Shown here: piece by piece, positions 9,858-19,959 of the stretch
How the letters are laid out: each line of letters starts with the position of its first letter
Numbering within the stretch: the stretch's first letter is position 1
Assembly (NCBI GenBank): GCA_963804645.1
Contig: CAWDRG010000009.1
Span: forward strand, 960,001-1,024,000
DNA: 64,000 nucleotides
Origin: an uncultured Bacillota bacterium
Lineage (GTDB): Bacteria > Sysuimicrobiota > Sysuimicrobiia > Sysuimicrobiales > Segetimicrobiaceae
Reading direction: 5' to 3'
Notes under the pieces: model-generated
The model's input: only the letters and a program-made list of their open reading frames with translations
The model's database searches: none
What the model was told of the DNA's origin: nothing
Program-made: the position numbers and the translations under genes

Positions 9858-10901
9858 ATGGCGATCACGCCGACGATCGAGCAGCGCAAGATGGGCGAAG
9901 CGATCGACCGCTTGGTCAGCGTCGAGATCACGGGCCGGGGCGTGATCGGCGAGCTCTACGCCGCGGCGCGCCTGACGCAGTCCGGTCCGCTCTGTCTGGA
10001 CGCCGCCGCGCGGCTGGCCGCCCGGGTGCACAAAGGGGACGTCGTGGTGCTGGCGACCGGCCTGCCGACGTACCCGTGGTTTTCCGGGGAGCAGGACGGC
10101 CCCGTGGGAGCCGCGACCCTCGCCCGCGCCCTCGTCGTGGGGGTGGGGGCGCGCCCCGTGATCGTGACGGACCCGGTGAACGTCGAGATCTGCCGGGCGG
10201 CCCTCGGCGGGGCGGGGCTCTACGTGCGCGCGCTCGAGGACGTCGGGCGGCTGCCGACCACGGCCGCGGTGCTGCCGTTTCCCCTCGGGTGGGACGAGGC
10301 CAGGACGCGGGCGCGGGAGCTGCTCGACGCGCTGCGGCCGTCGGCCCTGATCGCGATCGAGCGTCCCGGCGCCAACGAGCACGGCCACTACCACGCCTCG
10401 GCCGGCGGCCGCATCACCGACCACTGCGGCAAGATCGACGCGCTGTTCGAGCTGGCGCGCGGGCGCGAATTGCTCACGATCGGGATCGGCGACAGCGGCA
10501 ACGAACTCGGCGCGGCCGCGGTCCGCGAGGGGGTGCTGCGCGCGGCGCCCGGCGCCGCACAGTGCCGCTGTCCGTGCGGGGGCTCCGTCGTGCCGGCGCT
10601 CGAGCTCGACCTGTTCATCGCCGCCGCGATTTCGAACTGGGGCGCGTACGGGATCGAGGCCGCGCTGGCGATCCTGCTCGGGCGCCCCGAGGTGCTGCAC
10701 GCGCGCGAGATCGACGCACGCACCTACGAGCTCTGCGCGGCGGCGGGCGCGAACAACGACGGGCCGGGGCTGCTGGACGTCGGCGCGGACGCGATCTCCG
10801 GGCGGCTGCACGGCCATGTGGTGGACCTCCTCGGCCGCATGGTGCAGAGCGGCATCGATTTCGGATGGATGCACCGCGAGCCGCGGTTTCCGTGGCTGTG
10901 A
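9858..10901 (+). CDS. D-glutamate cyclase-like / DUF4392 domain protein
   Basis: EQDGPVGA, IAIERPG, TIGIGDSGNELG, AISNWGAYG motifs. Confidence 0.8.
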   Translation: MAITPTIEQRKMGEAIDRLVSVEITGRGVIGELYAAARLTQSGPLCLDAAARLAARVHKGDVVVLATGLPTYPWFSGEQDGPVGAATLARALVVGVGARPVIVTDPVNVEICRAALGGAGLYVRALEDVGRLPTTAAVLPFPLGWDEARTRARELLDALRPSALIAIERPGANEHGHYHASAGGRITDHCGKIDALFELARGRELLTIGIGDSGNELGAAAVREGVLRAAPGAAQCRCPCGGSVVPALELDLFIAAAISNWGAYGIEAALAILLGRPEVLHAREIDARTYELCAAAGANNDGPGLLDVGADAISGRLHGHVVDLLGRMVQSGIDFGWMHREPRFPWL

Positions 10902-10976
10902 GGGGCCGCGTCTCGATCGCCGGTTCGACGCACGCGTACCGCCGCACGGGCGACTCAGGACGGGAGGGATGAACGG

Positions 10977-11384
10977 ATGCGTCTCAAGAAGGCCGTTGCG
11001 AAGATGCTCGAACGCGAGCGAATCTGCCGGGTGGCCACCGCCGACGGCGCCGGCCGGCCGCACGTCGTGCCCGTCTGCCACGTCGTCCACGGCGGCAAGA
11101 TCTACTTCGCCACCGAGCGCGGCAGCCGAAAGATCCGCGATCTTGAGGCCAATCCGCGCGCGGCCGTCGCCGTGGACGTGTACTCCGAGGAGTGGGCGCA
11201 CCTCCTCGGCGTGACGGTGCAGGGCACGGTCCGGCTGATCCGCGCCGGGTCGGAGTTTCGCGCGCTGCGGAAGCGGCTGTACGACAAGTACCCGCAGTAC
11301 CCCGAGGAAGCGGCCATCAGCGAGCGCGACGACGTGTTCGTTGAGGTCACGCCGACGCAGGTGAGCGAGTGGGGGCTGAGCTAG
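10977..11384 (+). CDS. Pyridoxamine 5'-phosphate oxidase-like split-barrel flavin-binding protein
   Basis: RVATADGAGRPHVVPV, SRKIRDLEANPRAAV, KYPQY. Confidence 0.85.
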   Translation: MRLKKAVAKMLERERICRVATADGAGRPHVVPVCHVVHGGKIYFATERGSRKIRDLEANPRAAVAVDVYSEEWAHLLGVTVQGTVRLIRAGSEFRALRKRLYDKYPQYPEEAAISERDDVFVEVTPTQVSEWGLS

Positions 11385-11493
11385 CGTCCGCACGGTCGGA
11401 GGGACGCGGCCGGCCGCGCAGAGGGATCTCCTGCGCGGCCCCGAACCGTGGGTGGAAGTCCGATCGACCCATGACGCGTTCGGGGTGGAGCCG

Positions 11494-11796
11494 GTGAAAC
11501 TCATACTCGCGGTCGTGCCCCAGAGAGAAGCGGGCGACGTGACGCACGGCCTGGTCGCCGCGCAGTTTCAGGTGACGCGGTTCGCCAGCACCGGCGGGTT
11601 TCTGCGCCGCGGCAACGTGACGCTGTTGATCGGGACCGACGACGCGAAGGTCGACGAGGCGCTCGCGATCATCAAGCGCCTCGCGGGATCCCGCGGGCCG
11701 ACCCACCAGGGGGAGGGCGGCACCGCGCTGGTGCTCAACGTCTCCCAGCTGGTCCGCGTCGACGGCGGCGCGGGTCAGGCGTCCCCGGTGAAGTAG
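11494..11796 (+). CDS. darA: Cyclic-di-AMP receptor, PII-like (DarA/PstA)
   Basis: MKLILAVV...TRFASTGGFLRRGNVTLLIG...GGTALVL; signature STGGFL..GN.T. Confidence 0.85.
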   Translation: MKLILAVVPQREAGDVTHGLVAAQFQVTRFASTGGFLRRGNVTLLIGTDDAKVDEALAIIKRLAGSRGPTHQGEGGTALVLNVSQLVRVDGGAGQASPVK

Positions 11797-11851
11797 CCGG
11801 CGGCACCCGCTCCGCTCCGCCGCCGGCGCGCCTGAGAACGGAGGCCGTCGG

Positions 11852-13054
11852 ATGCGCATCACCGCCGTCAAGACGCTGGTCACGTGCCCCGGGCGCAACT
11901 ACGTCCTCGTCAAGATCGAGACCGACGACGGCGTCTACGGCTGGGGGGACGCGACCCTCAACGGCCGCGAGCTCGCGGTCGCCGCGCTCCTCGAGCAGCA
12001 CCTCGCCCCGCTTCTGATCGGGCGGGATCCGGACCGCATCGAGGACACCTTTCAATACCTGTCCCGCGGCTCGTACTGGCGCGGGGGTCCGATCCAGATG
12101 ACGGCGATCGCCGGCATCGACCTCGCCCTCTGGGATATCAAGGGCAAGCGCGCCAACCTTCCCGTGTACTCGCTGCTCGGCGGCCGGTGCCGCGACGGCG
12201 CGCTCGCGTACACGCACGCCAGCGGCAGGGACGCGTCCGCGGTCGAAGAGCGGGTCCGGGAGGCGATGGAGCGCGGCTTCAAGGTGGTCCGCGCGCAGGT
12301 CGGCGTGCAGGGCACGGGGCTGCGCGGCACCTACGGCGTGCCGGAGGGCAAACCGACCGAGGCGCTGCTGCCGCGCGAGGAGACGTGGGAGCCCTCGGTG
12401 TACCGGCGGGCGGTGCCCCGCCTGCTCGAGCACCTCCGGACCCATCTACCCGAGGAGCTCGAGCTGATCCACGACATTCACGAGCGCCTGACGCCGATCG
12501 AGGCGGCCGGCCTCGCCCGGGAGCTGGAGCCGTACCACCTGTTCTTCCTCGAAGACCCCCTGCGCCCAGAGCATCAGGAGTCGTTTCGGCTGATCCGGCA
12601 GCACACGACGACCCCGCTCGCGATGGGGGAGCTCTACTTTAACAAGTGGGAGGCGCTGCCGGTCATCACCGAAGAGCTCATCGACTACATCCGGTGCGAT
12701 CTCGGACACACCGGGGGCATCACCGAGGGGCGCAAGATCGCGGCGATCGCGGAGCCCTACAGCGTGCGGACCGCGTGGCACGGGCCGGGCGACATCGGGC
12801 CGATCGTCCACGCGGCCAACGTCCATCTCGACCTGGCCGTGCCCAACTTCGGGGTGCAGGAGATGGTGTTTTTCAGCGACCAGGTGCGGGAGGTCATTCC
12901 GGGCGGCCCGACGTACCGCGACGGCTACCTCACGGTGACCGACGCCCCGGGGCTCGGCACCGACGTCAATGAGGAGGCGGCGGCGAAGTATCCGTACCGC
13001 CGCGCCTACCTGCCCGTCACGCGCCGGCTCGACGGCTCCATGCACGACTGGTAG
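11852..13054 (+). CDS. D-mannonate dehydratase family (ManD/RspA), enolase superfamily
   Basis: CPGRNYV, GDATLNGRELAV, YWRGGP, HDIHERL, FFLED, AMGE, RLDGSMHDW. Confidence 0.9.
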   Translation: MRITAVKTLVTCPGRNYVLVKIETDDGVYGWGDATLNGRELAVAALLEQHLAPLLIGRDPDRIEDTFQYLSRGSYWRGGPIQMTAIAGIDLALWDIKGKRANLPVYSLLGGRCRDGALAYTHASGRDASAVEERVREAMERGFKVVRAQVGVQGTGLRGTYGVPEGKPTEALLPREETWEPSVYRRAVPRLLEHLRTHLPEELELIHDIHERLTPIEAAGLARELEPYHLFFLEDPLRPEHQESFRLIRQHTTTPLAMGELYFNKWEALPVITEELIDYIRCDLGHTGGITEGRKIAAIAEPYSVRTAWHGPGDIGPIVHAANVHLDLAVPNFGVQEMVFFSDQVREVIPGGPTYRDGYLTVTDAPGLGTDVNEEAAAKYPYRRAYLPVTRRLDGSMHDW

Positions 13055-13074
13055 GGCCGAGGCCCCGGCGGCCG

Positions 13075-14208
13075 CTAGGCGCGGGCCGGTTCGGGCTTGC
13101 GATCGACCGGAATCGCCTGCCCGGTCTCCTCGTTGAACAGGTGCACCGCGTCGTGGTCGAACGCCACCGCCACCCGCAGGCCGAGCGGAGCGCCGGCACC
13201 CGTGCGGTCGAGGACGGTGACCGCGGCCCCGCCGTTCAGCCGGATGAACAGATACGTGTCCTCGCCCATGATGTCGGTGTCCTCCACGACCCCCTCGAGC
13301 CAGGGCCCCGTCCCGTCGCCGGATCCGGGGGCCCACCGCACGTGCTGCGGGCGCACGCCGAGCGTCGCGGTGCCTCCCTCGACGGCCGCGGCCCGCACGC
13401 GGGGGCGCGCCGCCGCCTGACCGTCGGGCAGCACGCACTCCGTCCCGGCCGCCGCCTCCCGCACCGTGACCGGCATCAGGTTCATCGCCATGGTGCCGAC
13501 GAAGCCCGCGACAAAGACGTGCGCCGGCTGCCGGTAGATCTCCGATGGGGTGCCGACCTGGACGACGACGCCCCGGTTCATCACCACGATCCGGTCGGAG
13601 AGCGCCATCGCCTCGGCCTGATCGTGCGTCACGTAGATCGTCGTGACGGGGAATTGGCGGTGGAGCCGCTTGATCTCCCCGCGCATCTGCATCCGCAGCT
13701 TGGCGTCGAGGTTCGAGAGGGGCTCGTCCATGAGAAACGTCTGCGGGCGCCGGATGAGTGCGCGCCCCAGCGCCACGCGCTGCTGCTGCCCGCCCGAGAG
13801 CTGGCGGGGCAGCCGGTCGATCATGCCCGTGAGGCCGAGCACCTCGGCCATCTCGTTGACGCGCCGGCCGCGCTCCTCCCGCGGCACGCCGCGCATCCGG
13901 AGGGGGAACTCCATGTTCCCGCGGACCGTCTTGGACGGGTAGAGCGCATAGTTCTGAAACACCATGGCCATGTCGCGGTCCCGGGGGTCGAGGATCGTGA
14001 TGTCGCGGCCCCCCAGCCAGACCGACCCGGTCGTCGGGGGGATCAGCCCGGAGATGATGTTGAGCAGCGTGGTCTTCCCGCAGCCGCTCGGCCCCAGAAT
14101 CGTCACGAACTCGCCATCGGCGACGGCAAGATCCACCGGCTCGAGCGCGACGACCTCGTGCCGGCCCGGAAACCGTTTGCTGACGCGCTCGAGGCGCAGG
14201 TCCGCCAT
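13075..14208 (-). CDS. Carbohydrate ABC transporter ATP-binding protein (MalK/UgpC-like)
   Basis: GPSGCGKTT, LSGGQQQR, DEPLSNLDAKLR, VTHDQ. Confidence 0.95.
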   Translation of the reverse strand: MADLRLERVSKRFPGRHEVVALEPVDLAVADGEFVTILGPSGCGKTTLLNIISGLIPPTTGSVWLGGRDITILDPRDRDMAMVFQNYALYPSKTVRGNMEFPLRMRGVPREERGRRVNEMAEVLGLTGMIDRLPRQLSGGQQQRVALGRALIRRPQTFLMDEPLSNLDAKLRMQMRGEIKRLHRQFPVTTIYVTHDQAEAMALSDRIVVMNRGVVVQVGTPSEIYRQPAHVFVAGFVGTMAMNLMPVTVREAAAGTECVLPDGQAAARPRVRAAAVEGGTATLGVRPQHVRWAPGSGDGTGPWLEGVVEDTDIMGEDTYLFIRLNGGAAVTVLDRTGAGAPLGLRVAVAFDHDAVHLFNEETGQAIPVDRKPEPARA

Positions 14209-14221
14209 GCGTGCCTCCCGT

Positions 14222-15079
14222 TCAGTACTTGAGGGCGCCCTTGGTCAGCGCCGAGATGAAGTAGCGCTGGAGCACGAGAAAGACGATCACGACGGGGATG
14301 CTCATGCCGATCGCGGTCGCCGTCAGCCCGCCCCAGTCGATGCTGCCTTCGTTGAAGTACGCGTACAGCCCGAGCGGCAGCGTCCGCATGTCGGCGGACG
14401 AGATCATCGCCAGGGCGTACAAGTACTCGTCCCACGCCAAAATGAACGTGTAGATCGCCGTCGCGACGAGGCCGGGCACCGCCGCCGGGAGCGCCACCTC
14501 GGCGAACGCGCGCCACACGCTCGCGCCGTCCAGCCTGGCGGCGACCTCCATCTCGGGCGGGATGCCGTCGAAAAACCCCCGCAGCAGCCAGATGTTCAGC
14601 GGGAGGCTGAACGTCAGATAGCCGAGGATGAGCGAGCCGTAGGTGTCCAGGAGGTGCACGGCGTTCATCAAAATAAACAGCGGCACGAGGAAGTTGACGC
14701 CCGGGAAGATGCTCCCCAGCAGGATCGTGTACATCAGCGGATTCCTGCCGGCGAACGAGAACCGCGAGAACGCGTAGGCCGCCGGCACGGCCACGAGCAG
14801 GGCGAGCGCGACCGTCGAGAACGACACGATCAGGCTGTTGAGGAAGTACCGGGGAAAGAAGACGCCCTGCTCCCTGGGGTGCACGAGCCCCGCGTAGTTG
14901 CTGAGGGTCACCGGGTGGGGCAGGAGGTGGGGCGTGCTGGTGAAGAGCGCGATGGGCGGCTCGAGAGACGCGGTCAGCATCCACACGAACGGCACGAGCG
15001 AGAACGCGACGAGCAGCAGGAGCACCAGCGCGTGCGGCGCGCCCCGCACGGCCCGCGCGAGCCGCTGGCCCGCGGTCAC
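14222..15079 (-). CDS. Carbohydrate ABC transporter permease (MalG-like)
   Basis: GTGA overlap with upstream gene; EAA-like loop EMEVAARLDGAS; TM helices. Confidence 0.9.
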   Translation of the reverse strand: MTAGQRLARAVRGAPHALVLLLLVAFSLVPFVWMLTASLEPPIALFTSTPHLLPHPVTLSNYAGLVHPREQGVFFPRYFLNSLIVSFSTVALALLVAVPAAYAFSRFSFAGRNPLMYTILLGSIFPGVNFLVPLFILMNAVHLLDTYGSLILGYLTFSLPLNIWLLRGFFDGIPPEMEVAARLDGASVWRAFAEVALPAAVPGLVATAIYTFILAWDEYLYALAMISSADMRTLPLGLYAYFNEGSIDWGGLTATAIGMSIPVVIVFLVLQRYFISALTKGALKY

Positions 15080-16002
15080 CGCGAGACTCCGGCGCGCGTC
15101 AGCGTGCGCACGTACACGACCGCGAACCCCATCAAGAGGATCGAGGTGACGCACGAGGTCGCGGCGGCGAGCCCGAATTTGTGGTCGGTAAACGCCTGGT
15201 TGTAGATGTAGTTGGTGATGACTTCCGAGTGGTGCAGCGGGCTGCCGCCGGTCATGACCCACGGAATCGTGAAGCTGTTGAAGTTCTGCAGCGTGAGCAG
15301 CATCATAGTCACGAGCAAGACCGGCCGGATCGCCGGGATCGTGACCTCCCAGAACGTCCGCCATGCGGTCGCGCGGTCGAGCCGGGCCGCCATCAGCAGC
15401 TGTTCCGGCACGTTCTGCAGCCCCGCGAGCAGCATCAGCATCGCGAACGGGAAGGTCTTCCAAACGTTCGTCAGGATCAGCGACGGCAGCGCGAGGTTGA
15501 TGCTGGTCAAGAACAGGATGGGATCCTTGATCAGGTGCCAGGCGATGAGCTCGCCGTCGATCAGGCCGTAGTCGCTCTGGTACAGCCAGAGCCACGCGTA
15601 GCTCGCCACGACGTAGCCCACGACGTAGGGCATCAACAGCGCCGCCCGCACCGGCCCGCGCAGCACCTTGAGGTTGTTGACGGCGACCGCGGCGGCCAGG
15701 CCGAGCAGCATCCCGGCCGCGGTGCTGCCCACCGTCCAGACGAGCGTGTTGCGGACATCCAGGTAGAAGACTGGGTCGGTGAAGACGACCTGGTAGTTGC
15801 CGAGCCCGGTGAACGTCTGGCGGAACGAGTCGCTCGTGTTCCGAAAGAAGCTGAGGTACACCGAGTACAGGAACGGGTAGGCCATGACCACGGCCACCAG
15901 CGCCACGGCCGGCAGCACGAACAGATACGGGGTGACGCGGGACAAGAGCGGCGGACGCCGTGGGGTGGCCCCCTCGTACGCCGCCGCTCTTACCGCGCCC
16001 AT
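15076..16002 (-). CDS. Carbohydrate ABC transporter permease (MalF-like)
   Basis: FTGLGNY, WKTFPF, LAGLQNVP...AARLD. Confidence 0.9.
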   Translation of the reverse strand: MGAVRAAAYEGATPRRPPLLSRVTPYLFVLPAVALVAVVMAYPFLYSVYLSFFRNTSDSFRQTFTGLGNYQVVFTDPVFYLDVRNTLVWTVGSTAAGMLLGLAAAVAVNNLKVLRGPVRAALLMPYVVGYVVASYAWLWLYQSDYGLIDGELIAWHLIKDPILFLTSINLALPSLILTNVWKTFPFAMLMLLAGLQNVPEQLLMAARLDRATAWRTFWEVTIPAIRPVLLVTMMLLTLQNFNSFTIPWVMTGGSPLHHSEVITNYIYNQAFTDHKFGLAAATSCVTSILLMGFAVVYVRTLTRAGVSR

Positions 16003-16060
16003 GGTCCCTCGCTACCGCGCTGCCACACGCCGCCGTTCGATCGCGCGCGGCCGGCGATGC

Positions 16061-17401
16061 TCAGGATTTCATCGACTGCTTGACATCCGCGGCGGCCGCC
16101 GAGGCCGCCTCCTGCGGTGACGCCTGCTTCAGCAGGACCTTCTGCAGCATCGTCGGGATCGTCTCGTTCCAGATATGCGCGCCCGCGGAGACGAGCGGCA
16201 CGTTGACCCCGTATTTCACCATCTCGATCGTGACGTCGTTGAACAGCAGCAGCTTGTTGCGCTCGATCTGCGCCGGCGCGTTGTTGGCCGCCCGGTTCGC
16301 CGGGTTCGAGCCCAGGCCGGCGAGCCTGGCGTTCCAGTTGGGGGATTCGTAGGCGCGCAGGAACTCGTACGCCGCGTCCACGTTGGTGCTGTTCTTGTTG
16401 ATGTGGAAGTTCGAGCCGCCGAAGACGACCGCCCGCCGGGCGGGGCCCATCGGCAGCAGGCCCGCGGCGAGCTCGATCTTCGGGTTGGTCTGGTGCGCCA
16501 GCGCGGCGTCGGACGGGTGGCAGATCATCATCGCGGCCTTCTCCGCCAGGAACAGGTTGGCGACGTCGGGCTGCGCGCTGTCCAGGGCCGAGGACTGCAC
16601 GCTCTTGTCGACGTTGTACATCCGGTCGTAGAGCTGGAGCGCCGCCACGGTGCCCGGCGAATCGATCCGGACCTCCTTCCAGGTCGGCTTCGCGGTCAGC
16701 TCGTCGAAGATGCTGCCGCCGTAGGCCCACATCGCCGGGGCGAATCGGAACGGCGTGTTGCCGTTGTTCAGCTTGGCGACCATCCCGAAGCCGGCCTGTC
16801 CGGTCTTGTCCTTGATGCGCTTCGAGTACGAGGCGAGATCATCCCACGTCGCCGGGGGCTTGTCCGGATCGAGGCCCGCCGTCCGGAACATCCCCTTGTT
16901 CCAGACCAGCATCATCGCCTCGTTGTTGGACGGGATGCCGTACAGGGTGCCGGACGGGTCCGACGGATTCTGGTTGGTCTGCAGCGCCTGCGGCCAGAAG
17001 TTGGTCGCCGGGATGCCGAGCTGGTTCAGGTCGATCGGGCGCAGGACCCCGGCGTTGATGAACTCGCTGGACCACGCGATCGCGACCCGGACGATGTCCG
17101 GCGCGCCGCCGCCGCGGAATGAGATCTCGAGCTTCGGCAGGTAGTCGGTGTACCCGTACATGGTCATCCTGAACTTGATCTTCGGGTGCTGCTCGGGGAA
17201 CCAGTTGTAGAACGCCTGCTGCTGCGCGACCCCGTAGTTGTCGGGGGCGGCGGACCAGTCCCAGACCCCGAGGTCGCCGCTGATAGTCTTGTTCGGCGCG
17301 TACTCACCGGCCGCCGCGGCCCACCCGCGCTGCGGGATGGCGGACGCCCCAATGAGCGCGGCGCCACCGGCCTTGATAAACGATCTCCGGGTCAACCCCA
17401 T
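16061..17401 (-). CDS. Sugar ABC transporter substrate-binding protein (family 1), Tat signal
   Basis: MGLTRRSFIK; APDI, LYGIP, WNKGMF...PPATWDDL; GGAGG RBS. Confidence 0.9.
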   Translation of the reverse strand: MGLTRRSFIKAGGAALIGASAIPQRGWAAAAGEYAPNKTISGDLGVWDWSAAPDNYGVAQQQAFYNWFPEQHPKIKFRMTMYGYTDYLPKLEISFRGGGAPDIVRVAIAWSSEFINAGVLRPIDLNQLGIPATNFWPQALQTNQNPSDPSGTLYGIPSNNEAMMLVWNKGMFRTAGLDPDKPPATWDDLASYSKRIKDKTGQAGFGMVAKLNNGNTPFRFAPAMWAYGGSIFDELTAKPTWKEVRIDSPGTVAALQLYDRMYNVDKSVQSSALDSAQPDVANLFLAEKAAMMICHPSDAALAHQTNPKIELAAGLLPMGPARRAVVFGGSNFHINKNSTNVDAAYEFLRAYESPNWNARLAGLGSNPANRAANNAPAQIERNKLLLFNDVTIEMVKYGVNVPLVSAGAHIWNETIPTMLQKVLLKQASPQEAASAAAADVKQSMKS

Positions 17402-17511
17402 GGTCGTCCCTCCTGTCGTGATGTCACTCGGCCTGTGCGGAGCCCCTCTTTGCGCGGACACATTCGAGTCACGCGTGCCGTCCCCTCCCTGATGCCGTGG
17501 CGTGTCGTCCG

Positions 17512-18629
17512 TCAAGCCGGGCTGGCGCCCACGAGCTGCTCCACGCGGTCCCAGCGGACGTCGATCCCGAGGCCCGGACGGTCGGGCAGGACGAGGTGTC
17601 CGTGCTCAATCGGGAGCGGGGCCGTCAGGATCTCGTCGCGCCAGGGCGCGTCGACCGCGAAAAACTCCAGCCGCGAGAAGTTCGGAATGGCCGCGCACAG
17701 GTGCGCGCTCGCCAGCGAGGCGACCGGCGAGTTCGGGTTGTGGGGCGCGATCGGCACGTAGTACATCTCGGCCAGGGAGGCGATCGCCTTGGCCTCCGAC
17801 AGGCCGCCGGTCCGCACGATGTCGGGCATCAGCAGGTCGGCGGCGTGCGTCTCGAGCACCCGCCGGAACCCGTGGCGCGTGAATAGGCGCTCGCCGGTGC
17901 AGATCGGCACCCGGACGCGCCGGCGCACGTCCGCCATCGCCTCCGGATTCTCGGGGCCCACCGGCTCCTCGAGAAACCAGAGCCGGTACGGCTCCAGCAC
18001 CTCCGCGAGCCGGATCACCGACGGGACGTTCAGGCGGGCGTGGGTGTCGATCGCGATCTCGATCCCGGGTCCGACCGCGGTCCGCACCGCGTCGACGAGC
18101 CGCGCGGCGGCCTCCAGCTCCGCGACGGTCGCGTCGCGGCTGTCCGGATCGACGGCGGTCAGCGGGTCGAACTTGAGCGCGCCGTACCCCTGCGCGACGA
18201 TTTTGCGCGCCGCCTCGGCGTACGCGTCGGGCGCGCGGGGGACCCCCCGGAACCAGTTGTTGGCGTACAGCGGGATCCGGGTGCGGTACGCGCCGCCGAG
18301 CAGCTGGTAGACCGGCAGCCCGCTCCACTTGCCGACGATGTCCCAGAGCGCGATGTCGACGCCGCTGATCGCGCCCACCGACGCCCCGGCCGACCCGACG
18401 TAGGTGAGATGGCGCTGCATCTTGGTCCACAGCGGCCCGACGCGGCGCGGGTCGTCGCCGCGCAGCAGCGCGTCGAGCTCCGCGAGGGCGCCCTCCACGG
18501 CCAGGCCGCCGGGAAAGTTCGTCGCGTCGCCGACGCCACGATGCCGGCGTCGGTCTCGACCGAGACGAGAATCCACGGCCACTCGAGCGAGCTCGGCAGG
18601 CGGTGGCTGCGCACCGCCGTGATCTTCAC
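17512..18629 (-). CDS. Mandelate racemase family acid-sugar dehydratase (galactonate/gluconate-like); apparent 1-nt frameshift near 18536
   Basis: MKITAV...VETDAGIV joins GVGDAT... with one added G; ALWDIVGK, LKFD, DTH, LEEP, TGE, PHN. Confidence 0.85.
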
Positions 18630-18633
18630 GGCG

Positions 18634-19761
18634 CTACCGGAACCACGCGGTGCCCGCGCGGAGGTGCGCGCGCGCCACGTCCTCGCGCAGCGTGATCCCG
18701 TACCCCGGCACGTCCGTCACGTGGATGTACCCGTCCCGGATGACCGGGCCCTCCACGAGGTCCGCCCACCACGGGATCATCCGGGCGTGATACTCCAGCA
18801 GCAGGAAGTTCGGGACGGTGGCCATGACATGGCACGCCGCGATCGTGCCGACGGGGCTGCTGACGTTGTGGGGCGCGCACGCCTTCGAGTAGGCGTCGGC
18901 CAGATCCGCCACCTTCTTGGCCTCGGCGAGGCCGCCCATCTTGGGGATGTCGGGTGCGATGATGTCGACGCCGTGATCGACGATGAGGTCGCGCAGGCCC
19001 TCTTTCAGGTACCGGTTCTCGCCGCTGCAGATCGGGATCGGGCTGCGCGCCGTGACGAACCGGTGCCCCTCGATGTCGTTCGCCTGCACCGGGTCCTCCA
19101 GCCAGCGCGGCCGGAACGGCGCGAGCGCGTGGGCCAGCGTGACGGCGTCCCGCGCGTTGTACTTCCAGTGGCAGTCCACCAGGAGGTCGGTCGCGGGACC
19201 CATCTCCGCCCGGACCGCGGCGATCATCCCGACGATCCGGTCCACCTCCGGGTTCGAGAGCGTCCGGTTCCAGGGGTCCAGCTCGTCCGGCGACGCCTTG
19301 TCGATGTCGAACTTGAGCGCCGTGAAGCCCTTGTCCAGCATCTCGCGGGCGACCTTGCGCGCCGGCTCGAACGACTCCCACCCGTGAAAGCCGCAGTCGG
19401 CGTAGATCCGGATCCGATCCCGAAACTTGCCCCCGAGCAGGCGGTACACCGGCACGCCGGCGGCCTTGCCCGCGAGGTCCCACAGGGCGATCTCGATCCC
19501 GCTCAGCGCCGTCACCATCGTGCCGGAGACGGAGCCGGCGCCGACCAGGCGCCGCTTGAGGAAGGTGAAGAGGGGTTCGACGTCTCTGGGATCGCGGCCG
19601 ATGACGTGATCGAGCACGGCCGGGCTCTGTAGGATCGCGTGGACGCCCGCGCCCCAGTACGCTTCGCCGAGGCCGCTCACGCCTTCGTCGGTCTGGATGC
19701 GGACCAAGATCCAGTCAAAGTTTCCCTGCACGGCGACGCTCTCGACGGCGGTGATCTTCAC
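18634..19761 (-). CDS. Mandelate racemase family acid-sugar dehydratase (gluconate/galactonate-like)
   Basis: VKITAVE, GLGE, ALWDLAGK, LKFD, DCHW, LEDP, SGEN, APHN. Confidence 0.9.
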   Translation of the reverse strand: MKITAVESVAVQGNFDWILVRIQTDEGVSGLGEAYWGAGVHAILQSPAVLDHVIGRDPRDVEPLFTFLKRRLVGAGSVSGTMVTALSGIEIALWDLAGKAAGVPVYRLLGGKFRDRIRIYADCGFHGWESFEPARKVAREMLDKGFTALKFDIDKASPDELDPWNRTLSNPEVDRIVGMIAAVRAEMGPATDLLVDCHWKYNARDAVTLAHALAPFRPRWLEDPVQANDIEGHRFVTARSPIPICSGENRYLKEGLRDLIVDHGVDIIAPDIPKMGGLAEAKKVADLADAYSKACAPHNVSSPVGTIAACHVMATVPNFLLLEYHARMIPWWADLVEGPVIRDGYIHVTDVPGYGITLREDVARAHLRAGTAWFR

Positions 19762-19959
19762 GGATCCCCTCGTTTCGCACGGGTCTAGGCGACGACTGCC
19801 GCGATAGTCTCTCGTGATTCCGCGATTTCTGGTGATCCCCCTGCCGCGCGGGGCGGTCCGGGGAATTGTAACGGCCCGTGCGGGGGACGGCACGGCCACA
19901 GGGGAATCCGCCCCGCCGAACGAATGCTGGAGGAACTCGTCTTGCCGGAGGTGGGGTTC

